27,959 nucleotides of DNA from Bdellovibrionota bacterium (GTDB taxonomy: Bacteria > Bdellovibrionota_C > UBA2361), in assembly GCA_044352465.1 (NCBI GenBank), contig JBILDU010000035.1, positions 1-27,959 on the forward strand. Reading direction: 5' to 3'. The notes under the pieces were generated by a model. It searched no databases, was not told the origin of the DNA, and saw only the letters and a list, made by a program, of their open reading frames with translations. Shown piece by piece: positions 1 to 7,357 of this stretch; within the stretch, counting starts at the first letter, position 1, and every line of letters begins with the position of its first letter. The translations under genes were made by a program, and so were the position numbers.

Positions 1-268
1 CCGCGGGAGCCTCTTGTTCCGGGGGGGCTTCGTTGTGGGGGAGATCTTTGATTGTATCGCTAGTGGTGTCGCTGGCAGATGCGCGCGCACCTGAGTCGTC
101 GTCGAGCTCTTTAACCTCTTCGAGGATCGGATTCTCGAGAAGCTCCTTTTCGATGGCTTCTTTGTATTCAAGCCGTCCGAGCTGCAGAAGCTTAATCGCC
201 TGCTGAAGCTGCGGAGTCATCAAGAGTGACTGGCTAAGCTTCTGAACTAACTTGGTTTGTAAGGCCAT
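1..268 (-). CDS. rpoN: RNA polymerase sigma-54 factor, N-terminal part (runs off the left edge)
   Basis: Not in the ORF track; manual translation from ATG at 268 gives MALQTKLVQKLSQSLLMTPQLQQAIKLLQLGRLEYKEAIEKELLENPILEEV, the sigma-54 region I signature (MTPQLQQAIKLLQL...ENP.LE). It follows lptB, as in the usual gene order. Confidence 0.96.
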   Translation of the reverse strand, partial: MALQTKLVQKLSQSLLMTPQLQQAIKLLQLGRLEYKEAIEKELLENPILEEVKELDDDSGARASASDTTSDTIKDLPHNEAPPEQEAPA

Positions 269-289
269 ACGAACGGAACAAAACCCTAA

Positions 290-465
290 GAGCGCGTAAC
301 AAAATGACGCCTAATGCGCTGTTCGATTCCTGGCCTGCGACTTCGCTGAACTCAGCAGAACAATCCTCGATGCAGCGCTGCTGCGTCTCCGGTTCTCCCG
401 CTTGTTCGCTTCGTCTCAGCCGAGGACTCGATCAGCTTGCTACGTCCTCATTTTATTACGAGCTC
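290..465. mobile_element. MITE-like non-autonomous element, 176 bp, IS5-family-like ends
   Basis: Terminal inverted repeats: GAGCGCGTAACAAAATGACG (290-309) versus the reverse complement of 446-465, GAGCTCGTAATAAAATGAGG, 17/20 identical. TAA flanks both ends (287-289, 466-468). Internal arms 318-341/413-436 are complementary at 19/24, and there is a central hairpin at 369-387. No room for a transposase. Confidence 0.75.
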
Positions 466-733
466 TAACTCACCCCCTTTGGATGAAGCAGGCGGCACAT
501 TTATGCAAGAAATATGCTCTGTCTCCCTTAGAGATTTCGGGTGAGGCCCCAAAGAGGTTAATTGTTGGGCGCTAAAAATATAGAAAAGACATTAAATATA
601 ATGGGTTATGGGAGCGCGCCCGTTGAAGTGTTTTAGATCGGTAACGTCGTGTGTTTTGGTCGGGGAGGGTGCTTTTGGCTGGGTTGTCCGGACGTTGGTG
701 CGAGGTATTTTTGTTTGAAATCTGGGCGGGCAG

Positions 734-1465
734 CTAGAGAGCGAAATTATCGCCGAGGTAATAACGCTGGGCCCGCTCGCTTGTCGCGATGATCTCGGGG
801 GGACCTTCTTCCAGTACTTTACCGTCGACCATGATATAGGCGCGGTCGCAGATTCCGAGAGTTTCACGGACGTTGTGGTCGGTGATAAGGACCCCGATTC
901 CTTTGCCCCGTAATCGGTCGATGATGCCCTGAATATCGGCGATCGCGATCGGGTCGATGCCGGCAAACGGCTCATCAAGTAGGATGAACGAGGGCGAGCG
1001 AGCAAGAGCTCGGGTAATCTCAACGCGGCGCCGTTCTCCTCCAGAGAGAGCGCTCGCCATACTCTTTTCGATGTGGGTGAGTCCCAGTTCGGTGAGAAGC
1101 TCCTCAAGGCGACCGCGCCGGGCAGCTTTTGAGGGAAAATCCATCGTCTCCAAGATTGCCATGATATTTTCGGCGACGGTGAGCTTGCGAAACACGGACG
1201 GCTCTTGGGGAAGATATCCGACACCTTTGCGAGCTCGGATAAACATCGGATCCCGGGTGACATCGCCCCCGTTCAGGGTGACGGTACCGCTATCGGGAGA
1301 AACGAGCCCGACGCACATATAGAAGGTCGTCGTCTTCCCGGCACCGTTCGGTCCGAGAAGTCCCACGATCTCGCCGCCCTGAACGGAGACCGACACGCCG
1401 TTGACCACGGTGCGGCCGCCGTATGTTTTTGAGACTGAGTGGGTTGCGAGGATTGGTGTAGTCAT
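734..1465 (-). CDS. lptB: LPS export ABC transporter ATP-binding protein LptB
   Basis: Walker [22 protein letters not shown], signature [32 protein letters not shown]. Start placed at ATG 1465 (MTTPIL, 243 aa) rather than the track start at 1516. Confidence 0.96.
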   Translation of the reverse strand: MTTPILATHSVSKTYGGRTVVNGVSVSVQGGEIVGLLGPNGAGKTTTFYMCVGLVSPDSGTVTLNGGDVTRDPMFIRARKGVGYLPQEPSVFRKLTVAENIMAILETMDFPSKAARRGRLEELLTELGLTHIEKSMASALSGGERRRVEITRALARSPSFILLDEPFAGIDPIAIADIQGIIDRLRGKGIGVLITDHNVRETLGICDRAYIMVDGKVLEEGPPEIIATSERAQRYYLGDNFAL

Positions 1466-1487
1466 TGGTTCCCGTAACTGCTCTGAA

Positions 1488-1516
1488 ACACTACGCTCTC
1501 TCCTGTCAAAAGACAA
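1488..1516 (-). promoter_or_regulatory. Putative sigma-70 promoter for lptB
   Basis: On the minus strand, TTGTCT (1516-1511), 17 nt, TAGTGT (1493-1488), ending 22 nt before the lptB ATG. Consensus match only. Confidence 0.4.
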
Positions 1517-1548
1517 GGTGAGGCAGGGGGCTCGGCCGCGCCTCGCGT

Positions 1549-1578
1549 TTGACTCTCAGGGACGAAACCCCCCACAAT
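1549..1578 (+). promoter_or_regulatory. Putative sigma-70 promoter for the RND operon
   Basis: TTGACT (1549-1554), 18 nt, CACAAT (1573-1578), about 200 nt upstream of the adaptor start. Consensus match only. Confidence 0.4.
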
Positions 1579-1782
1579 ACGGCGGTGCGATTTTCGGAAA
1601 GTTTTTCACTCTGGCAGGCCCCGCACGGAGGGGTGCTACGGATTGCGGCCCGGGCGAAGGGCAAAGGTGCCCGACGTGCTGCTAAAGAGCCGCCGGTTTT
1701 TAGGGCTCTGCGTAGCTTGGGGTCTGCGGGCCAGAGCCCACATCGGAAAACCTATTTGAAAGGGGCACGAGCTTGGGGGCAC

Positions 1783-2919
1783 ATGGTAACTACTCGAAAG
1801 CAAATACTGTGGGGAATCGGAAGCGTTGGCGCGTTGGTTGTGCTTCTTGGAGTGATCAAAGCGGTGCAGATCTCTCGAGCGATCGCTGAGAGCAAGATGT
1901 TTGGGCCGCCCCCTGAAGCGGTAACGACGATGGTGGTGAGTGAGGTCGTCTGGCCGCGAACGTTGAGGGCGGTCGGGAGCCTCGAGCCATCGAAAGGGGT
2001 GGTTATCGCCGCGGAAACGGCGGGGCAGGTGGTTAAGATAGCCTTTGAGTCCGGCGACACGGTAGCGGAGGGTGCTCCGTTAGTAGATCTCGATACCTCG
2101 GTAGAGGAGGCGAACCTCAAGGGTGCGCGTGCACTGGCTGAGGTGACCCGGCGCAATCTCGCGCGTGCTCAGTCGCTCCGTGCAACGAAGTCGATTTCTC
2201 AGTCCGAGCTGGATGATGCTACGGCGCGTGCTCACGAGGCCGAAGCGGCGGTGGAGTCTCTTGCCGCGACCGTGGCGCGCAAGCGGATCGTTGCTCCGTT
2301 CGCCGGGCGGCTCGGCATCCGGTCGGTCAATCTTGGTGAGTATGTTGTCGCTGGTGGTGCCGTGGTGCCGCTTTATGCGCTTGATCCGCTGTATGCGAAC
2401 TTTAGCGTTCCACAGCAACATATCGGCGAGATCGGTGTCGGGCAAAAAGTGAAGCTCGCGGTTGACGCCTTTCCTGGTGAGATATTCGAAGGGACGGTTC
2501 AAGCGGTGAATCCTCAAGTCGATACGCGAACGCGTAATGTGGCGATTCAGGCGGTGATACCTAATCAGGCCGAGAAGCTTCGCCCAGGGATGTTTGGGGA
2601 AGTCACACTCATTTTGCCGCGCGAGGATCGGGTGCTCGCCTTGCCAACCGCCGGGATAAGTTACGCGCCATTCGGTGATACCGTTTACATCGTCGAAACG
2701 ATGAAAAGCGACTCCGGGGCTGAATACCTTGGAGTGCGGCAGCAGGTCGTGAAGTTGGGCTCAAAAGTGGGCGATCTCGTTGCGGTGCTTGAGGGGGTCC
2801 AGATTGGGGACCGGGTGGTAACCTCGGGGACGTTTAAGCTTCGGCCGGGAGCGGTCGTTGCGATTAACGATGCTTTTGCGCCTGGAAGTGAGCTCAAGCC
2901 GGTACCGGCTGACTCGTAG
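1783..2919 (+). CDS. RND efflux periplasmic adaptor (membrane fusion protein), MexH/MexV-like
   Basis: N-terminal hydrophobic anchor (ILWGIGSVGALVVLLGVI), lipoyl/hairpin motifs (GQVVKIAFESGDTVAEGAPLVDLD, IVAPFAGRLG), VDTRTRN, LRPGMFG; directly upstream of an RND permease. Start placed at ATG 1783 (378 aa). Confidence 0.93.
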   Translation: MVTTRKQILWGIGSVGALVVLLGVIKAVQISRAIAESKMFGPPPEAVTTMVVSEVVWPRTLRAVGSLEPSKGVVIAAETAGQVVKIAFESGDTVAEGAPLVDLDTSVEEANLKGARALAEVTRRNLARAQSLRATKSISQSELDDATARAHEAEAAVESLAATVARKRIVAPFAGRLGIRSVNLGEYVVAGGAVVPLYALDPLYANFSVPQQHIGEIGVGQKVKLAVDAFPGEIFEGTVQAVNPQVDTRTRNVAIQAVIPNQAEKLRPGMFGEVTLILPREDRVLALPTAGISYAPFGDTVYIVETMKSDSGAEYLGVRQQVVKLGSKVGDLVAVLEGVQIGDRVVTSGTFKLRPGAVVAINDAFAPGSELKPVPADS

Positions 2920-2945
2920 AAAAAAGTGAAGCAGCGAGCTACCTC

Positions 2946-5900
2946 ATGCGATTTACCGACATTTTTATCCGCCGCCCCGTTCTTGCTATCTGCGTCAACC
3001 TGATCGTTTTACTCGCGGGCTATCAGGCGATTCGTGCGCTGAATGTACGTCAATATCCCCGGAGCGACCTCGCTGTCGTTAAGATCACCACTGCATACGT
3101 TGGAGCGAGCGCCGAGCTTGTGCGCGGCTTTATCACTACCCCGCTTGAGCGGGTCATCGCGAGCGCGGATGGGATCGACTACCTGGAGAGTTCAAGTGTT
3201 CAGGGGCTGAGTACCATTACCGCTCATTTGAGGCTTAACTTCGACACCAATGCGGCCTTGACGCAGGTGCAGTCGAAGGTCGCGCAGGTGCGGAACGATC
3301 TCCCCCCGGAAGCGGAAGCTCCGGTCATTAACGTGGAAACGAGCGATAATCGTTTTGCGTCGATGTACCTCAGCTTCTACTCGAAGGAGCTCGATCAGAA
3401 TCAGATAACCGACTATCTCACCCGCGTGGTGCAGCCTCAGCTCTCCTCTCTCCCAGGGGTCGAGCGAGCGGATATCTTGGGGGCGCGCGTTTTTGCGATG
3501 CGCATCTGGTTGAAGCCCACTCGGCTGGCGGCGCTCAACATCAGTCCCTCCGATGTCCGCGCGGCGCTCGCGCGGAATAACTTCCTTGCGGCTGTCGGAA
3601 GCACGAAAGGGTCGATGATCTCGGTAAATCTCTCGGCGAATACCGATCTGCGCTCGAAAGAGGAGTTTGAAGATCTGGTAATTCGGAGCGATGGGGGGAC
3701 ACTGATTCGGTTACGCGACGTTGCCGATATCGCTCTTGGAGCGGAGAGTTACGACGAGGATGTGCGGTTTAGCGGGCAAACGGCGACTTTTATGGGGGTA
3801 TGGGTGCTCCCGAACGCCAATTCAATCGATGTCATTCGCAAAGTGCGCGAGACGATTCCCGACATCGAAGCTCGACTCCCGAGCGGGATGAACGTGGGTA
3901 TTCCCTACGACGCGACCCGCTACATTAACGACGCGATCCGTGAAGTCGTCCGGACACTCACGGAAACGATCCTCATCGTCATTATCGTTATCTTTCTCTT
4001 TATCGGGTCACTTCGGGCCGTTTTAGTCCCGGTCGTGGCGATCCCTCTCTCCCTTATCGGTGGCGTGGGTTTGATGTTTGTCTTCGGATTCACGATCAAT
4101 CTCCTCACGCTCCTTGCGATCGTGTTGGCGGTAGGCCTGGTTGTCGACGATGCAATCGTCATGCTCGAGAACGTTGAGCGCCATGTTGCTGCAGGGATGA
4201 AGCCGCTGGAGGCTGCGCTCCAGGGAGCCCGCGAGCTTGTGGGGCCAACGATTGCGATGACGATCACGTTGGCGACGGTGTATGCACCGATCGGCATTCA
4301 AGGTGGGCTCACCGGGGTCCTCTTCCGTGAATTCGCCTTTACCCTGGCGGGGGCGGTTGTTATTTCCGGGTTCGTGGCGTTGACCCTTTCCCCGATGATG
4401 GCAGCGCGCTTAGTGAAAAAAGACGAAGCACCGACTCGGCTCAAATTGCGGATCGATGAGGGGTTTCGCCGGCTGCAAGATGTCTATGCGCGCTGGCTTA
4501 GTCGAGCACTCGACTATCGAGTCGGTGTGGTCAGTGGAGCCGCGGTTCTTGTCCTGGCTCTGCCGCTCTTATACCTCTTTTCGCTGCGTGAGCTCGCGCC
4601 ACGAGAGGATCAGGGTGTCCTTTTCTCGATTATACAATCTGCGCCGAATGCATCGCTCGATCAGACGATGATTTATAGTCGAGCGATCGACGAGGTTTTT
4701 AAAAGTTTCCCAGAGTACTCAAGAACTTTTCAGCTCATGCGTCCCGACGGTGGATTTGCCGGGATGATCGCCAAGCCGTGGAGTGAGCGCACTCGCTCTG
4801 TTCTTGACCTCGAGAACGAGGCGTGGGCCAAGATGGGGATGATTCCGGGTATCCGGGTGATCGTCACGACGCCTCCACCGCTGCCAGGAGGATCTGATTT
4901 TCCGGTAGAGCTCGTCATCTCCTCAACCCGAGAACCGCAGGAGCTCGCTGAGTTCGCTGAGCAGCTCGTTAATCGAGCGATGCAAAGCGGAATCTTTATG
5001 TTCGCGACGACCGATCTGAAGTTCGATCTTCCGCAAAGCGAGATCGTGCTCGATCGGGATAAAGTTGCAGCATTGGGCCTCAGCCTCGAGGGAGTGGGCC
5101 GCGATCTCGCGGGATACACCGGGGGTGATTATGTGAATCGGTTTAATATTCAGGGCCGCAGCTACAAAGTGATTCCGCAAGCGAAGCGGAGTGAGCGGCT
5201 CAATCCCGAGCAGTTGGCGAATTGGTATGTGACCGGCCCCGATGGGAAATTAGTTCCACTAGCGACTTTTGCCTCGATTAAAAATACGGTCGAACCACGT
5301 CAGCTCAATCGCTTTCAACAGCTTAATGCGGCCAAGATCCAAGGAGCGGTTGTTCCAGGAATCACCATAGACCAGGGATTGGCGGTGCTTGAAGAAGCAG
5401 CTCGGGAGATCTTACCGCGGGGGGCCGTCGTTGATTACGCCGGCGAATCGCGGCAACTTCGGAAGGAAGAGAATACGATGTTGACGACTCTCTTCTTCGC
5501 CTTCGTGCTTATTTTTCTCGTCATGGCGGCTCAGTTTGAGAGTTTTCGCGACCCGTTCATTGTTCTTTTCGGTTCGGTGCCGCTCGCGCTCGCGGGTGCG
5601 CTTGTTTTTGTGTTTCTCGGGGCCACCAGTCTCAATATCTACTCGCAGGTGGGGCTCGTTACCCTTGTCGGTTTAGTGGCGAAGAACGGCATTTTGATCG
5701 TGGAGTTTGCGAATACGCTCCAACACGAGGGGCGTTCGAAGCGTGAGGCGGTGGTCGGTGCCGCGCTTACCCGCCTTCGGCCGATCTTGATGACATCCGT
5801 CGCCACGGTGGTGGGGCATTTCCCCCTCATTCTTGCCGCGGGAGCAGGGGCGGCGGCCCGTCAAAGCATCGGAATCGTCCTCGTCTCAGGGATGATTGTG

Positions 5901-6038
5901 GGAACGGTGTTCTCGCTCTTCATCGTACCGGTGCTCTATACTTTTATTGCGGGGAGTCGGGGCTTGAACCAGATGAAAAGCATGGCGGTACCGATGGCGC
6001 AAAATAGCGCACCCACAGCGAACGCAGCTCTTAATTGA
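2946..6038 (+). CDS. RND efflux transporter permease (AcrB/MexI/MexW family)
   Basis: 1030 aa; FIRRPVLA N-terminus; proton-relay motifs VVDDAIVMLEN, AKNGILIVEF and RLRPILMTS are all intact. Confidence 0.96.
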   Translation: MRFTDIFIRRPVLAICVNLIVLLAGYQAIRALNVRQYPRSDLAVVKITTAYVGASAELVRGFITTPLERVIASADGIDYLESSSVQGLSTITAHLRLNFDTNAALTQVQSKVAQVRNDLPPEAEAPVINVETSDNRFASMYLSFYSKELDQNQITDYLTRVVQPQLSSLPGVERADILGARVFAMRIWLKPTRLAALNISPSDVRAALARNNFLAAVGSTKGSMISVNLSANTDLRSKEEFEDLVIRSDGGTLIRLRDVADIALGAESYDEDVRFSGQTATFMGVWVLPNANSIDVIRKVRETIPDIEARLPSGMNVGIPYDATRYINDAIREVVRTLTETILIVIIVIFLFIGSLRAVLVPVVAIPLSLIGGVGLMFVFGFTINLLTLLAIVLAVGLVVDDAIVMLENVERHVAAGMKPLEAALQGARELVGPTIAMTITLATVYAPIGIQGGLTGVLFREFAFTLAGAVVISGFVALTLSPMMAARLVKKDEAPTRLKLRIDEGFRRLQDVYARWLSRALDYRVGVVSGAAVLVLALPLLYLFSLRELAPREDQGVLFSIIQSAPNASLDQTMIYSRAIDEVFKSFPEYSRTFQLMRPDGGFAGMIAKPWSERTRSVLDLENEAWAKMGMIPGIRVIVTTPPPLPGGSDFPVELVISSTREPQELAEFAEQLVNRAMQSGIFMFATTDLKFDLPQSEIVLDRDKVAALGLSLEGVGRDLAGYTGGDYVNRFNIQGRSYKVIPQAKRSERLNPEQLANWYVTGPDGKLVPLATFASIKNTVEPRQLNRFQQLNAAKIQGAVVPGITIDQGLAVLEEAAREILPRGAVVDYAGESRQLRKEENTMLTTLFFAFVLIFLVMAAQFESFRDPFIVLFGSVPLALAGALVFVFLGATSLNIYSQVGLVTLVGLVAKNGILIVEFANTLQHEGRSKREAVVGAALTRLRPILMTSVATVVGHFPLILAAGAGAAARQSIGIVLVSGMIVGTVFSLFIVPVLYTFIAGSRGLNQMKSMAVPMAQNSAPTANAALN

Positions 6039-7126
6039 TCGAGATCTGAGCCGTGCGGAAGGGCGAGTATCGCTCCGGCGATAGGCGGGCCGATAATCCG
6101 AGCAAATCCGTTGTAGATGGAGGAGGCGACTCCGAGGACGGAATTTCGCGTCTCGGGAGTTGCGGCTTGGGTAAAGATTACCGGTAGGATGACGGCGAGG
6201 ACGAGAATAAGCGGTGCGTGAAGGATCTGAGTGAGCGCCGCGACGGCGACACTGGGGATCGCCGCGAGTAGTAAGAATCGCACGGCAGTAAGACCGAAGC
6301 CGCCGATGGTTGTCGCGCGTGTTCCCCAGCGCTCAAGCACTCGGGGGGCGATAGAAAGCAATACGATCTCCCAAGCGACCCCGAGGATTACCACGAGCCC
6401 CACTACCCCCATGGAGAGACCCAGCTCCTGTAGGTAGCGCGGCATAATAAAATAAAACATTGAAACCCCAATCGAGGCGATGAAGAGAGCCCAGATGAGT
6501 GTGGCGAGTGGGGGGGTAAAGAGGATCCGCAGGGCGGAAAGGGTGGGAAGCTCACGCGACCTCTTCGCTTCGGGGGGGAGCTCCGGGAGGGCGAGAGCAA
6601 AGAACGCTGCTACCCCCGAGAGGCTTGCGCCGATGAGGTAGACAACCTCGGGGGGTATCGCGAGTAGAGAGGTAAGAGCTGCCAGCGCGATAGCCGGAAG
6701 CATGAATCCGACACTACCCCACCGTCGAACAAGGGGGAACTCACGCTCGCTCATGCCCGCGGTGAGATTATGACGAAGGGCATGGAGGCTTACGACATCG
6801 AGCAGTGCTATCGCCGGCGCGTAGAGGAAGTTGAGCACGAGCGTCAGAGCAATAACCGCCTCAACGGAGGAAAGAAAGAAGAGCCCAGCGAGGGCTAAGG
6901 CGCTGATGAGATAGCTGCCGACGATAAGTTTGCGGCTCGAAAGGTGTCGATCGGCGATGTACGAAACCAGAATTGGAGAGAGCACGGCGGCAAGCCCCGG
7001 CGTCGCCAGAATCAGCCCCAGGTGCCAATCGGATATGCCGATGTTGTGGAGCAGCATCGGTTGAAACGGTACGATCGCGCCGAGGGCTCCAAACGCAAGA
7101 AGATACTGAGTGCGGAGGTATTGCAT
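5936..7126 (-). CDS. MFS transporter (HcaT/LacY-like MFS_1_like group), substrate unknown
   Basis: About 12 hydrophobic segments; SYIADRHLSSRK loop motif; FPLVRRWGSVGF typical of HcaT/NupG/LacY-like permeases. Start at ATG 7126 or TTG 7144. Confidence 0.88.
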   Translation of the reverse strand: MQYLRTQYLLAFGALGAIVPFQPMLLHNIGISDWHLGLILATPGLAAVLSPILVSYIADRHLSSRKLIVGSYLISALALAGLFFLSSVEAVIALTLVLNFLYAPAIALLDVVSLHALRHNLTAGMSEREFPLVRRWGSVGFMLPAIALAALTSLLAIPPEVVYLIGASLSGVAAFFALALPELPPEAKRSRELPTLSALRILFTPPLATLIWALFIASIGVSMFYFIMPRYLQELGLSMGVVGLVVILGVAWEIVLLSIAPRVLERWGTRATTIGGFGLTAVRFLLLAAIPSVAVAALTQILHAPLILVLAVILPVIFTQAATPETRNSVLGVASSIYNGFARIIGPPIAGAILALPHGSDLDQLRAAFAVGALFCAIGTAMLFIWFKPRLPAIKV

Positions 7127-7185
7127 GGGCGCGGTTAGCTTCAAGCCTCGCTGGAGTGGTCAATTGCTCCCCAAACATCGCTGGG

Positions 7186-7230
7186 GCTCGCCGTAAAAAG
7201 ACTCACCGCAAAAAGGCTCACGGTAAAAAG
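7186..7230. repeat. Three tandem 15-bp imperfect direct repeats
   Basis: GCTCGCCGTAAAAAG / ACTCACCGCAAAAAG / GCTCACGGTAAAAAG, in the divergent MFS-ATPase intergenic region. Confidence 0.85.
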
Positions 7231-7242
7231 CGAACGATTATC

Positions 7243-7271
7243 TTGCCTTGGGCCCGCCTGCTCTCCACAAT
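7243..7271 (+). promoter_or_regulatory. Putative sigma-70 promoter for the P-type ATPase
   Basis: TTGCCT (7243-7248), 17 nt, CACAAT (7266-7271). Confidence 0.45.
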
Positions 7272-7357
7272 AGCTGGAGATTTTCATCATCAAAAGGCCC
7301 ATAATGAGGGTGACCTCCGAGGGTCAAGAGCAATAGTTTTAAGCGATGTAGATTCCG

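Noticed and set aside
491..522. Sigma-54-like boxes upstream of rpoN (GGCACATTTATGC on plus; AGCATATTTCTTGC on minus)
   Set aside because: The plus copy has GG-N9-GC spacing and the wrong orientation; the minus copy has the right spacing but AG instead of the invariant GG.
592..1263. 223-aa alternative-frame ORF overlapping lptB
   Set aside because: Same-strand shadow frame of a well-conserved gene; Ser/Arg/Pro-rich with no motif.
1549..1782. 78-aa N-terminal extension of the RND adaptor in the ORF track
   Set aside because: It starts at a TTG that is the putative -35 box; the membrane anchor begins right after ATG 1783.
7186..7230. Possible CRISPR or iteron array
   Set aside because: Only three abutting 15-mers with no spacers, and no cas or rep genes.
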